Source of the DNA: Candidatus Latescibacterota bacterium
GTDB lineage: Bacteria; Latescibacterota; UBA2968; UBA8231
Assembly (NCBI GenBank): GCA_965221775.1
Contig: CBDCSU010000006.1
Coordinates: forward strand, 1,152,001 to 1,216,000
Length of the DNA stretch: 64,000 bases
Reading direction: 5' to 3'
In this document: one piece after another, positions 20,241 through 30,805 of the stretch
Layout: each line of letters begins with the position of its first letter
How positions within the stretch are numbered: position 1 is the stretch's first letter
Translations under genes and position numbers: made by a program
The notes under the pieces: generated by a model
Databases searched by the model: none
The model's input: the letters and a program-made list of their open reading frames with translations, nothing else
Told to the model about the DNA's origin: nothing

Positions 20241-21550
20241 GAGGATCGATCACCGGAATCGCCGCGGCGGCCCTGCTCGCCGCCTGCGGCGGCAGTGAGC
20301 AAGAGGGGGGAGGAGGAGGCTGGCCAGGGCGGGGAGGCGGCCGGCCGGGCGGGGAGGCGGCGCTGCCGGTGCGCACCGAGGCCGTCGAGCGCGGCGAGAT
20401 CACCAGCTACGTCGAGACCCACGCCCGCCTCGAGGCCGAGCGCTGGGTGGAGGTCGTGTCGCGCGCCCAGGGGCTGGCCGAGGCGCTGCTCGCCGAGGAG
20501 GGCGACCAGGCCCGGGAGGGCCAGGTCCTGCTGCGCCTGGAGAAGGAGGAGGCCCGCCTGCGCGTGCGCCAGGCCCAGGTGGCCCTGGCCCAGGCGCGGT
20601 CCACCCTCGAGCGCACCGAGGCCCTCCACGGGCAGAACCTGGTGAGCCAGGAGGAGTTCGAGAGCGCCGGCAACCAGCTCGAGAACGCCGAGGTGGCCCT
20701 GCGGGAGGCGCAACTGGGCCTGGAGTACACCGACATCCGCGCCCCCATCGACGGCATCGTCATGCTGCGGCAGGTGGAGCAGGGAGACCTGGTGCGGGCC
20801 AACGAGGTCCTGTTCTCCATGGCCGACGTCGATCCCCTGCAGGCGCGCATCCAGGTGCCCGAGAAACGCATCGGCCAGATCCACACGGGCCAGCCGGCGC
20901 GGGTCATGATCGACGCCCTGGCGGATCGGGTCTTCCCCGCCAGCGTGCGCCGCATCAGCCCCGGCGTCGACCCGGCGAGCGGCACGATCAAGGTCACCCT
21001 GGACATCCCGCCCGCCGCCGGCGTCCTGCGCCCCGGCATGTTCGCCACCGTGCGCATCATCACGGAGGTCCACGAGCAGGCCCTGATCATCCCCAAGAAG
21101 GCCCTGGTCCTGGAGACGGACCAGGACGATGTCTTCGCCGTGCGCGACGGCCAGGCGAAACGGCTGCGCGTGGAGCTGGGATACGCCGACGGCGACCGCG
21201 TCGAGGTGCTCTCGGGCCTGGCCGACGACGACCGGGTGATCACCGTCGGCCACGAGGGGCTCAAGGACGGCGCCGTGGTGCGGGTCGTGGGCGAGGCGGG
21301 TGAAGTGGCCGCGGCGGGCGACTCCGCCGCGGCGGGCGGTCCTCCGGTTCCGCGGGCGGCGGCGGGACCCGGGCAGCGCCGGGCGCCGCCCGATTCGGCT
21401 GCCTTCGTCGCCCGCGCCATGGGCCGCGGACTGAGCGAGGAGCAGGCGGTGCAGCGCTACGCGAGCATGAAGGAGCGCTTCGCCGAAGCGCGGGGCGGAG
21501 ACCGGGGCAGCCGCGGCGAGGGCGGTAGAACCGGCGGGAGCGGCCGGTGA
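20237..21550 (+). CDS. RND efflux periplasmic adaptor (MFP), lipoprotein
   Basis: LLAACG lipobox; IRAPIDGIV, LRPGMF, IPKKAL, VEVLSGL; GTG overlaps the tetR stop. Confidence 0.9.
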   Translation: MRGSITGIAAAALLAACGGSEQEGGGGGWPGRGGGRPGGEAALPVRTEAVERGEITSYVETHARLEAERWVEVVSRAQGLAEALLAEEGDQAREGQVLLRLEKEEARLRVRQAQVALAQARSTLERTEALHGQNLVSQEEFESAGNQLENAEVALREAQLGLEYTDIRAPIDGIVMLRQVEQGDLVRANEVLFSMADVDPLQARIQVPEKRIGQIHTGQPARVMIDALADRVFPASVRRISPGVDPASGTIKVTLDIPPAAGVLRPGMFATVRIITEVHEQALIIPKKALVLETDQDDVFAVRDGQAKRLRVELGYADGDRVEVLSGLADDDRVITVGHEGLKDGAVVRVVGEAGEVAAAGDSAAAGGPPVPRAAAGPGQRRAPPDSAAFVARAMGRGLSEEQAVQRYASMKERFAEARGGDRGSRGEGGRTGGSGR

Positions 21551-24500
21551 AGCTCGTCGAGTTCTCGACCACCCGGCGGGTGACGGTGGCCATGATCATG
21601 GTCGCCGTGGCCGCCTTCGGCATGGTGGGGTTCTCGCGGCTGTCGGTGAACCTGCTGCCCGACATCACCTATCCCACGATCACCATCCGCACCGGGTACC
21701 CGGGCACGGCCCCGGCCGAGGTCGAGCGCCTGATCTCGGAGCCGATCGAGGGGCTGGTGGGCGTGGTCAGCCGCGTCGTGCGCGTCAGCTCGGTCTCGCG
21801 GCCAGGGCTGTCCGACGTCATCGTCGAGTTCGAGTGGGGCACCGACATGGACTTCGCCTCCCTCGACCTGCGCGAGAAGCTCGACCTCGTCGACCTGCCG
21901 CAGGAGGCGGAGAGCCCGATCCTGCTGCGCTTCGACCCCTCCCTCGACCCGATCATGCGCATCGCCCTCCACGGCGGCAGCAGCCTCATGGAGCTGCGCC
22001 GCGTCGCCGAGGACCGGGTGCGCCTGGACCTGGAGAGCCTCGAGGGGGTGGCGGCGGTGCGCGTCGAGGGCGGCCTGGAGGAGGAGATCCAGGTCGAGCT
22101 GGAGACCCGGCGGCTGGCGAGCCTCGGCATCCCCATCAGCGTCGTGACCCAGCGCCTGGCGGCGGAGAACGTGAACCTCACCGGGGGTCTGCTGAAGGAC
22201 GGCGAGGCGGAGTTCCTGGTGCGCACCCTGAACGAGCTCACCGGACCCGCCGACATCGAGCAGGTCGTCGTCGCCCGGATCGAGGGGGCGCCGGTGAAGC
22301 TGGCCGACGTGGGGCGGGTCGTGCGCGGCCACCAGGAACGCGACGTGGTGACCCGCATCGACGGCCGGGAGGGCGTGGAGATCGCCGTCTTCAAGGAGGG
22401 CGACGCCAACACGGTGAGCGTCTCGGCGGCGGTGCGCGAGCGCCTGGGCGAGTTCCAGTCCCGCTTCGGCGACCTCCTCGGCGACGCCGAGGTGGAGATC
22501 GTCGTCGACCAGGCGCGGTTCATCTCCCAGTCGGTGGACGAGGTCCTGAAGACGGCCGTCATCGGCGGCCTGCTGGCGATCGTCATCCTCTTCCTCTTCC
22601 TGCGCCATCTCAAGAGCACGGCCATCATCAGCCTGTCGATCCCGATCTCGGTGGCGGCCACCTTCTTCCTCATGTACGCCACCGGCGTGAGCCTCAACAT
22701 CATGTCCCTCGGCGGCCTGGCCCTGGGGGTGGGCATGCTGGTGGACAGCTCCATCGTCGTCCTCGAGAACGTGCAGCGCTACCGCGAGCAGGGCCGTTCC
22801 CCCCTGGAAGCGGCGCGCCTCGGCGCCGGCGAGGTCGGCTCCGCGGTGATCGCCGCCACCCTGACGACGATCTGCGTCTTCGTGCCGATCGTCTTCGTCG
22901 AGGGCGTGGCCGGACAGCTGTTCCGCGACCAGGCGCTGACCGTGACCTACTCGCTGGTAGCCTCCCTCCTGGTGGCGCTGATGCTGATCCCCATGCTCGC
23001 CTCCCTCGCCCTGCGTCCGCTCACGGCCGAGGAAGAGGGCCGCGGCGACGGGGCGGTGGTCCGCGGACCGGCGGCCCTGCTGCGGGCCCTCGGGGCGCTG
23101 CTGCGGGGTCTGGGGCGCGGGCTGGCGGCGCTGCTCTCGCCGCTGTTCTGGCTCTTCGACCGCGGCTACGGCGCCGCCGCCGGGGCCTACCCCCGGGTCC
23201 TGGGCTGGTGCCTGGGCCGCCGCGCCATCGCCCTGGCGGCCTTCGCGGCCCTGTCGGCGGGCGTGCTCTTCCAGGCCCGCACCCTCGGGGTCGAGCTGAT
23301 CCCCGAGATGAGCCAGGGCGAGTTCCTCATCGACCTGGAGTGGCCCGCCGGCACGCCCCTGGAGCGCACCACGGAGCTGGTGACCCGCCTCGACAGGCAG
23401 GTGCGGGAGCTGCCCGGCGTCGCCACCGTCTTCAGCCAGATCGGCGCCAGCGGCCAGACCGGCGGCTTCGCCGACGAGAAGAAGGAGAATCTGGCGCAGC
23501 TCTTCGTGCGCCTGGAACCCGGGCAGGAGCGCTCGGAGGAGCGGATCATGGACCGGGCCCACACCCTGCTGGCTGGCGTGCCCGACCTCGACCACCGGTT
23601 CTCGCGGCCTTCGTACTTCTCCTTCCGCGCCCCCGTGGAGGTGGAGGTCACCGGCTACAACCTGGAGACGCTCGAGGGGATCGCCGCCGAGCTGGCCGCC
23701 GGCATGCGCGCCATCCCCGGCCTCGTGGACGTCAAGTCGAGCGCCGAGGGCGGCCAGCCGGAGATCCAGGTCGTCTTCCACCGCGAGCGCATCGCCGAGC
23801 TGGGCACCACCATCCAGGACGCCGGCGGCCTGCTGCGCAACCAGCTGCAGGGCCAGGTCTCCACCGAGCTGATCCGCAGGGACCGACACATCGACGTGCG
23901 GGTGCGGGCGGTGGAGGAGGAGCGCCGCTCCGTCGAGGACCTGCAGGCCCTCGTGGTCAGCCCGCCGAGCTACCCGGTGCCGGTCTCCCTGGAGTCGGTG
24001 GCCGAGGTCGATGTGGTCGAGGGACCGGCCGAGATCCGCCGCCTCGACCAGGAGCGGGTGGTGGTGATCACCGCCAACCTGGCGGGCCGCGACCTGGGCA
24101 GCGCGGTGGAGGAGATCGAGGCGCTGGCCGCCGGGATCGCCCGGCCCGAGGGCTTCGATGTCTCCATGGGCGGCCAGAACGAGGAGATGGTGCGCTCCTT
24201 CGACAGCATGAGGTTCGCCCTCCTCCTGGCGGTCTTCCTCGTCTACTTGGTCATGGCGTCGCAGTTCGAGTCGTTCCTGCACCCGCTGGTGATCATGTTC
24301 ACCATCCCCCTCGGCCTGGTGGGCAGCGCCCTGGCGCTGCTGGCGGTCGACGCGCGGGTGAGCGTCGTCGTCCTCATCGGGCTGATCATGCTGGCCGGCA
24401 TCGTGGTGAACAACGCCATCGTCCTGGTGGACTACGTCAACACCCTGCGGCGGCGGGACGGGCTGCCGCGGCTGGAAGCCGTCCTCGAGGCCGGACGGCT

Positions 24501-24696
24501 GCGTTTCCGGCCGATCCTGATGACCACCTCGACGACGGTGCTGGCCCTGCTGCCCATGGCCCTGGGCCTGGGGGAGGGCGCCGAGATCCGCGCCCCCATG
24601 GCGATCACCGTCATCGGCGGCCTGCTGCTGTCGACGGTGCTCACCCTGGTGGTCGTCCCCGTGGTCTACACCCTTCTGGACAGGTCCGCCTCATGA
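21547..24696 (+). CDS. RND efflux permease subunit 1 (AcrB/AcrD/AcrF family)
   Basis: LNIMSLGGLALGVGMLVDSSIVVLEN, SQFES, GIVVNNAIVLVD, RFRPILMT. Confidence 0.95.
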   Translation: MKLVEFSTTRRVTVAMIMVAVAAFGMVGFSRLSVNLLPDITYPTITIRTGYPGTAPAEVERLISEPIEGLVGVVSRVVRVSSVSRPGLSDVIVEFEWGTDMDFASLDLREKLDLVDLPQEAESPILLRFDPSLDPIMRIALHGGSSLMELRRVAEDRVRLDLESLEGVAAVRVEGGLEEEIQVELETRRLASLGIPISVVTQRLAAENVNLTGGLLKDGEAEFLVRTLNELTGPADIEQVVVARIEGAPVKLADVGRVVRGHQERDVVTRIDGREGVEIAVFKEGDANTVSVSAAVRERLGEFQSRFGDLLGDAEVEIVVDQARFISQSVDEVLKTAVIGGLLAIVILFLFLRHLKSTAIISLSIPISVAATFFLMYATGVSLNIMSLGGLALGVGMLVDSSIVVLENVQRYREQGRSPLEAARLGAGEVGSAVIAATLTTICVFVPIVFVEGVAGQLFRDQALTVTYSLVASLLVALMLIPMLASLALRPLTAEEEGRGDGAVVRGPAALLRALGALLRGLGRGLAALLSPLFWLFDRGYGAAAGAYPRVLGWCLGRRAIALAAFAALSAGVLFQARTLGVELIPEMSQGEFLIDLEWPAGTPLERTTELVTRLDRQVRELPGVATVFSQIGASGQTGGFADEKKENLAQLFVRLEPGQERSEERIMDRAHTLLAGVPDLDHRFSRPSYFSFRAPVEVEVTGYNLETLEGIAAELAAGMRAIPGLVDVKSSAEGGQPEIQVVFHRERIAELGTTIQDAGGLLRNQLQGQVSTELIRRDRHIDVRVRAVEEERRSVEDLQALVVSPPSYPVPVSLESVAEVDVVEGPAEIRRLDQERVVVITANLAGRDLGSAVEEIEALAAGIARPEGFDVSMGGQNEEMVRSFDSMRFALLLAVFLVYLVMASQFESFLHPLVIMFTIPLGLVGSALALLAVDARVSVVVLIGLIMLAGIVVNNAIVLVDYVNTLRRRDGLPRLEAVLEAGRLRFRPILMTTSTTVLALLPMALGLGEGAEIRAPMAITVIGGLLLSTVLTLVVVPVVYTLLDRSAS

Positions 24697-27600
24697 GACT
24701 CGCGCGCTTCGCCGTCGAACGCCCGGTGACCCTGGCCATGATCACCCTGTCCACGGTCGTCCTCGGCGTCACCTGCTTCACCCGCATCCCCATGGAGGCC
24801 TACCCGACGATGACCTCCTCCTCGGTGAACGTGCGGGTCTCGTACCCGTCGTCCTCGCCGGAGGAGATCGAGCGGGAGATCACCATCCCCCTGGAGCAGT
24901 CCCTGGCCATGCTCGGCAACATCGAGCGCGTCAGCGCCACCTCCGGGGGCAGCTCGTCGAGCGTCCGGGTGGAGTTCAAGGCCGGCACCGACATGGACCT
25001 GGCGGTGATGGAGGTCCGCGACCGCGTCGACCAGGCGCGGGGGCTGCTGCCCTCCGACGTGGACCGCGTCTCCCTGTTCCGCTGGAACAACGAGTCCTAC
25101 CCCGTGCTCGAGGCCGACTTGGCGTGGAAGGGGGACGAGGACCGCCTCTTCGACATCGTCCGCGACGTGGTGGAGCCGCGGGTGCTGCGCATCGACGGCG
25201 TCGCCAACGTCGAGATCGACGGCCTCCAGGAGAAGCAGCTGATCATCGAGCTGGACCAGCAGCGCCTGCAGGCCCACGACGTCTCCCTGCCCTTCCTCGC
25301 CGGCCAGCTGCGGGCCGGCAACCTCGACGTCTCCCTCGGCCGCGTCGACCAGGCCGGGCGCCGCTACCTGGCCCGGGTCCGCGGCGAGTTCCAGGAGCCC
25401 GCCCAGATCGGGGACCTGCCCCTGGCCGGGCGCAACCTGCGCCTGAGCGACCTCGGCGAGGTGCGCTACGAGTACCCGGAGCGCAGGTCCTTCGAGCGCC
25501 TCAACGGCCGCGACGCCGTGGAGGTGGAGATCTACAAGGTCGCCGCCGACAACACTGTCGACGTGGCCCGCGAGGTGCGCGCCGTCCTCGAGGGCATCGT
25601 CGACGGCTACGGGGGCCTGCTCGACATCAACATCACCCGCGACCGGGCCGACCAGATCCTGGCGGAGCTGAACAAGCTCAAGGACACGGCCCTGCTGGGC
25701 AGCCTGCTGACGGTGGTCATCATCTTCCTCTTCCTGCGCAGCATCCGCAGCACCATCGCCATCGCCGTGGCGATCCCCGCCTCGGTCTGCTGCGTCTTCA
25801 CCGGCATCTACGTGGCCCGCGAGCTCTTCGAGTCGGCGATCACCCTCAACATGGTCTCCATGGTGGGGCTCATGCTCGCCGTGGGCATGCTCGTCGACCC
25901 GGCGGTGGTCACCCTCGAGTCGATCTTCCGGCGCCGAGAGGAGGAAGGCGCCGGCCCCGTGGAAGCGGCCGTCGGCGGCACCGGCGAGGTGGGCATGGCC
26001 GTCCTCGCCTCGGCCCTGACGACGATGTGCGTCTTCATCCCCTTCTTCTTCCTCGGCTCGGGATCGTCCCGCATCGTGCGCTTCATGGGCGACGCGGGGC
26101 TGACCATCTGCCTGGCGGTGGCCGTCTCCACGGTGGTCTCCCTGGCGGTCATCCCCCTGGCCGCCTCGCGGCTCTTCCGGCCGGGCGCCGAGCGCCACGA
26201 CCGGCGGCTGAAGGTCGCCATCGGGGCCCTCCTGCTCGCGGGCCTGAGCTGGAAGGTCGAGTCCATCGGCTGGGACGGCCTGGCCGCCTGGGGGCGCACC
26301 ACCGGCGCCCGGGTCCTGGAGACCACCCTCGGCATGCAGTGGTCCACGGCGGCCGTCCTCGGCGCCGTCCTGGTGCTGCTGGCCCTCCTCCTGCGCCACT
26401 TCCGGCGCCACGGCATGCGCGCCTCCTACGTGCGCCTGCTGGACTGGACCCTCGACCACCGGGCCGTAACCCTCGGGGTGGCGGTGGCGATGATGGGCGG
26501 CGGCGTGTGGATGTTCCTCAACATCGAGCAGCAGGGCATGCGCTGGCCCTCGGAGCGCCGCGTCGACATCACCGTCGAGACCGAGCGCAGCTTCAGCCTC
26601 GGGGAGGTGGACTCCCTCATGGCCGGCATCGAGCAGGACCTGCTGGCCCACGCCGAAGAGCTGGACCTGGAGACCCTGTCGACGCGGATCCGGCAGCGCA
26701 ACAGCAGGCTCCGGGCGCGGCTCGTCGACGCCGACGAGGGAAACCTGACGACGATGGAGGCACAGCAGGCGATTCGGCGCCGCCTGCCGGAGATGGCCGG
26801 CGTCGCCTACAAGATGGGCAGGACGCGCAGCTGGGCGGGCAACCTCCTCGGCGTCGAGGTGCAGCTGAAGGGGATCGATCCGGCGGTGCTGGAGGTGCTG
26901 GCCGAGGACGTGCAGGCGAGGCTCGCGCGGCTGCCCGGCGTCACCAGCGTCGACACCGACCTGCAGGAGGGGGAGGAGGAGATCCAGGTCTCCGTCGACC
27001 GCGAGCAGGCCCTCGGCTACGGCCTGTCGCCGCAGCGGGTGGCCTCCACCATCTCCACCGCCCTGGGGACGCGGCGCACGACCAGCTTCAAGGCGCCGGA
27101 GCGCGAGATCGGCGTCGTCCTGCAGCTGGAGGAGGACGACCGCGCCACCCTGGAGCAGCTGAAGAACACGGCCTTCGAGGGGCAGGACGGGACGCCGGTG
27201 CAGCTGGCCGCCCTGGCCGACTTCACCCACGCCGAGGCGCCGCGCAGCCTGCAGCGGGAGGACCGCCAGCAGACGCTCAACGTCTTCGCCAACACCACCA
27301 GCCGGCAGGCGGCGTACGCCCTCAACCCGCAGGTGCAGGCGATGATGGCCGAGATGACCCTGCCGCCGGGGTACTCGTGGCAGCTCGGGCGCGCCGCCCG
27401 CTGGGACTCGCAGGACACGGAGGGCAACCTCTTCACCCTGCTCTTCGCCGTGCTCCTCATCTACCTGATCATGGCCTCCCTCTTCGAGTCCCTGGTGCAC
27501 CCCTTCACCATCATGTTCGCCATCCCGTTCTCGCTCATCGGCGTCTCCGCCGCCCTGTGGGGCCTCGACGTCGCCTTCGACCCCAACGCCATGCTGGGAC

Positions 27601-27980
27601 TGCTGATCCTCTTCGGCATCGTCGTCAACAACGGCATCGTCCTCATCGATCACATCAACCAGTACCGCCGCGAGGGGATGACCCGGCGGGCGGCGATCCT
27701 GCGGGGCGGCCAGAACCGCATGCGGCCGATCCTGATGACGGCGGGCACGACGATCCTCAACCTGATGCCCCTCGTCCTGCCCATGGTCTACGGCACGGCC
27801 GAGGGCTTCGCCCGGCGCTGGGGGCCGATCGGCCTGGTGGTGGTCAGCGGGCTGGCCACGTCGACCTTGCTCACCCTGTTGCTGGCCCCGACCCTCTATT
27901 CCCTGCTCGACGACCTCAGCCTCTGGGCGCGCCGCGTGATGCGCGCCTCCAACCCCACCATGGAGCCACGGAATCCATGA
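24693..27980 (+). CDS. RND efflux permease subunit 2
   Basis: ATG 24693 overlaps the previous stop; LNMVSMVGLMLAVGMLVD, SLFES, GIVVNNGIVLID, RMRPILMT. Confidence 0.93.
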   Translation: MRLARFAVERPVTLAMITLSTVVLGVTCFTRIPMEAYPTMTSSSVNVRVSYPSSSPEEIEREITIPLEQSLAMLGNIERVSATSGGSSSSVRVEFKAGTDMDLAVMEVRDRVDQARGLLPSDVDRVSLFRWNNESYPVLEADLAWKGDEDRLFDIVRDVVEPRVLRIDGVANVEIDGLQEKQLIIELDQQRLQAHDVSLPFLAGQLRAGNLDVSLGRVDQAGRRYLARVRGEFQEPAQIGDLPLAGRNLRLSDLGEVRYEYPERRSFERLNGRDAVEVEIYKVAADNTVDVAREVRAVLEGIVDGYGGLLDINITRDRADQILAELNKLKDTALLGSLLTVVIIFLFLRSIRSTIAIAVAIPASVCCVFTGIYVARELFESAITLNMVSMVGLMLAVGMLVDPAVVTLESIFRRREEEGAGPVEAAVGGTGEVGMAVLASALTTMCVFIPFFFLGSGSSRIVRFMGDAGLTICLAVAVSTVVSLAVIPLAASRLFRPGAERHDRRLKVAIGALLLAGLSWKVESIGWDGLAAWGRTTGARVLETTLGMQWSTAAVLGAVLVLLALLLRHFRRHGMRASYVRLLDWTLDHRAVTLGVAVAMMGGGVWMFLNIEQQGMRWPSERRVDITVETERSFSLGEVDSLMAGIEQDLLAHAEELDLETLSTRIRQRNSRLRARLVDADEGNLTTMEAQQAIRRRLPEMAGVAYKMGRTRSWAGNLLGVEVQLKGIDPAVLEVLAEDVQARLARLPGVTSVDTDLQEGEEEIQVSVDREQALGYGLSPQRVASTISTALGTRRTTSFKAPEREIGVVLQLEEDDRATLEQLKNTAFEGQDGTPVQLAALADFTHAEAPRSLQREDRQQTLNVFANTTSRQAAYALNPQVQAMMAEMTLPPGYSWQLGRAARWDSQDTEGNLFTLLFAVLLIYLIMASLFESLVHPFTIMFAIPFSLIGVSAALWGLDVAFDPNAMLGLLILFGIVVNNGIVLIDHINQYRREGMTRRAAILRGGQNRMRPILMTAGTTILNLMPLVLPMVYGTAEGFARRWGPIGLVVVSGLATSTLLTLLLAPTLYSLLDDLSLWARRVMRASNPTMEPRNP

Positions 27981-29353
27981 ACCGAGTCGCACCCGGAGCC
28001 GCCGCCCTGCTCCTCGTCACGGCCACGGCCCTGCCCGCCGAGAGGCTGTCCCTCGACCAGTGCATCGACCTCGCCCTCGACGGCAACACCCAGGTCCTGC
28101 AGGCCGAGCAGCAGGTCCTGCGCTCCGCGGCCGATGTCGCCTCGGCGCGGGCCCAGCGCCTGCCCTCGCTGAGCACGACCCTGATGAACCTGGGGCGTTC
28201 GCGCACCGGCCCGTCCCTGCGCATCCAGGAGAACCCCACCGGCCAGATCGACCCGGAGACCGGGGAGCGGATCTTCGCCGAGGAGCGCACGCGCATCCCG
28301 GCCATCGACCGCAGTTCCTACGCCTTCAGCGCCGGCGTCAGCCACACCCTCTGGGACGGCGGCGCCCGCCGCTGGGGCCACCGCGGCGCCCGGGAGTCGC
28401 TGGCCGCCTCCGAGCTCGGCCTGCGCGCCGGGCGGGCGGACGTCGTCTACCAGGTGAAGCAGCGCTACTACGCCCTGCTGAAGGCCCAGGAGCTGGTGGA
28501 GGTGCAGCAGGAGTCCCTGAAGCTGGGCCTGAAGCGGCAGGAGGAAGCCGAAATCCGGCTGGAGGTGGGGGCCGGGACCCGCGTCGACCTGCTGCGCCTG
28601 CAGGTGGCGGCCGACAACGCCCGGGCCGACCTGATCAACGCCGAGCAGCAGGTGCAGCTGGCGCGGGCCTCGCTGAACCACGTCCTCGGCCGGGGACTGT
28701 CGGCGGCTTTGGAGACCGTCCCCCTGGCCGCGGAGCCGACCCTGCCCCCGGAGACCGCGGAGCCGGCGGCGATGGCCGAACGGGTGGAGCGGGCCAAGAG
28801 GCTGAACCCCGGTCTCGAGCAGGCGCGGCGGAACGAGTCGGCAGCCGAGATGAGCCTCAAGGCGCGGCGGGCGGCCTGGCATCCGCGGCTGTCGGGGAGC
28901 GTGAGCTACAGCCGCAACAACGAGGTCTTCGACCGGGTCTACGGGGATCTGGACCAGAACTACCGCCTCAACGGGGGGCTGAGCCTGACCTACCAGCTCT
29001 TCGACGGCGGCCTGCGCGGCGCCGACATCGACCGCGCCCGCTCGGGCCTGGAGTCGGCGCGCCTGGGCCTGGAGCAGCAGCTGCGCGACCTGGCCCTCTC
29101 GGTGGAGACGACCTACCTGGAGCTGGTGCGCCTGGGCCGCATCCTGCGGATCGCGCGGCGCACGGCGGAGCTGGCGGCCGAGGACCTGCACCTGGCGGAG
29201 GAGCGCTACCGGGTGGGCAAGGGCCGGCTCCTGGAGGTGCTCGACGCGCAGGTGGGCCTCACCTCGGCGCGCAACAACCGCGTCAACACGCGCTACGACC
29301 TGGCCCTGGCCGAGGCCGACCTGGAGAGGCTGACGGGCGAATCCGCGCCCTGA
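27977..29353 (+). CDS. TolC family outer-membrane efflux protein
   Basis: Signal peptide; LSLDQCIDLAL, VKQRYYALL, AEERYRVG...LEVLDAQ OEP repeats. Confidence 0.9.
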   Translation: MNRVAPGAAALLLVTATALPAERLSLDQCIDLALDGNTQVLQAEQQVLRSAADVASARAQRLPSLSTTLMNLGRSRTGPSLRIQENPTGQIDPETGERIFAEERTRIPAIDRSSYAFSAGVSHTLWDGGARRWGHRGARESLAASELGLRAGRADVVYQVKQRYYALLKAQELVEVQQESLKLGLKRQEEAEIRLEVGAGTRVDLLRLQVAADNARADLINAEQQVQLARASLNHVLGRGLSAALETVPLAAEPTLPPETAEPAAMAERVERAKRLNPGLEQARRNESAAEMSLKARRAAWHPRLSGSVSYSRNNEVFDRVYGDLDQNYRLNGGLSLTYQLFDGGLRGADIDRARSGLESARLGLEQQLRDLALSVETTYLELVRLGRILRIARRTAELAAEDLHLAEERYRVGKGRLLEVLDAQVGLTSARNNRVNTRYDLALAEADLERLTGESAP

Positions 29354-29563
29354 GCCTCCCGTGGTGCCGGAGGCCTCGGGGCGAGCCCCGCTCCGCCCCG
29401 GCGGCCCCCGGAGGCTCCGCAGGAGCTTCCGATGAAGTGTAGTAACCCCTGACAGGAAAGGGACTTACGCCAATCGTCACCTTTGCCAACAGGGGTTCCG
29501 AGGGTTAGATTGCCAGGTCCGCGCCGCCGTGAGGGCGCGACCCACCTGACCGAAAGCAGCCAA

Positions 29564-30805
29564 GTGGAGATCCTCGGGGGAGCACAGTTCGCCGTCGCCG
29601 GCGCCGGCGAGTCCCACGGACCGGCCATCACCACCATCGTCTTCGGGTGCCCGGCGGGCGTGTCCCTGTCGCGCGCCGGCATCCAGGCCTTTCTCGACCG
29701 GAGGCGCCCGGGCAGCAACAAGCTCGGCACCCCCCGCCGCGAGGGCGACAAGGTGGTCCTGCTCTCCGGCCTCTACGACGACGACCACGAGAGACTGCTC
29801 GGCGGCGCCGAGGTGGCCACCCGCGTCGGCGACGAGGAGGTCCGCGCCCCGGGGTACGAGGGCGGCACGACCACCGGCGAGCCGATCGCCGCCATCGTCC
29901 TGTCGGCGGCCAAGCGCTCCGCCGACTACGCGCAGTTCCTCGGCCCGGCGGGGGACGTGCGGCCGGGGCACACCGATCTGGTGAAGCACTACAAGTCCGG
30001 GGGCCACACGGACCCCCGCGGCGGCGGCCGCTCCAGCTACCGGTCGACGATCTCCGACGTCATCGGCGGCGCCGTGGCGAGGCGGTTCCTCGCCGAGCGC
30101 TTCGGCACCGCCTTCTTCAGCTCCATCTGCCAGGTGGGGGAGATCGAGAGCGGCGAGCGCCTGTCCGACACCGTCGGCGGCCGCCTCACCGGGGACGAGG
30201 CGGCGGCGCTGGAGGCGCGCCTCGAGGAGCCGGAGCTGCGCGCCATCGACGCCGGCTTCGCCGCCGAGGCGGCGCGGGTGATCGACGGGGCCCGCAAGGA
30301 GGGCGACTCGGTGGGCGCCGCCCTCGAGGTGGTCGCCGTCAACGTGCCCCCCCTCATCGGAGAGCCCCTGTACGACAGCCTCAAGCTGCGCCTCATGGGT
30401 TCCCTCGGCGGGCTGCACGCGGTGCAGTCCTGCGAGATGGGCTCCGGGCGCGACGTGGTGGAGCGGCGGGGCAGCGCCAACAACGATCCGATCCGGTCCG
30501 GGGGGTACCAGAGCAACCACCACGGCGGCCTCATCGGCGGGATCACCACCGGCAGCCCCCTGGTCTTCCGCGTCGGCTTCAAGCCCACGGCGACCATCGC
30601 CCGGCCCCAGGACTCGGTGCGCAAGAACCTGGAGGAGATCGCGTTCCGGCTGAACAAGGGGCGCCACGACCCGTGCGTGGGGGTGCGCGCCGGGGTCACC
30701 CTCGAGTCGCGGATGGCCATCGAGGTGGCCGATGCCGTCCTCGCCCACCAGGCGGGGCGGATCGACGCCGGCAACTTCCGCCTCTTCGACGGCCAGGGCT
30801 CGTGA
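29564..30805 (+). CDS. aroC: Chorismate synthase
   Basis: GESHG, RRRPG, TTGEPI, RPGHTD, RGGGRSS, SNHHGGLIGGITTG, FKPT, GRHDPC. Confidence 0.93.
   Translation: MEILGGAQFAVAGAGESHGPAITTIVFGCPAGVSLSRAGIQAFLDRRRPGSNKLGTPRREGDKVVLLSGLYDDDHERLLGGAEVATRVGDEEVRAPGYEGGTTTGEPIAAIVLSAAKRSADYAQFLGPAGDVRPGHTDLVKHYKSGGHTDPRGGGRSSYRSTISDVIGGAVARRFLAERFGTAFFSSICQVGEIESGERLSDTVGGRLTGDEAAALEARLEEPELRAIDAGFAAEAARVIDGARKEGDSVGAALEVVAVNVPPLIGEPLYDSLKLRLMGSLGGLHAVQSCEMGSGRDVVERRGSANNDPIRSGGYQSNHHGGLIGGITTGSPLVFRVGFKPTATIARPQDSVRKNLEEIAFRLNKGRHDPCVGVRAGVTLESRMAIEVADAVLAHQAGRIDAGNFRLFDGQGS

Noticed and set aside
21834-29353. Apparent giant 2048-aa and 1409-aa proteins
   Set aside because: Arg/Pro/Gly-rich off-frame extensions; the real starts are ATG 24693 (RND) and ATG 27977 (TolC). 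The same applies to the track ORFs at 8736-10769, 11397, 29647, 35548, 44690, 52153 and 58812.
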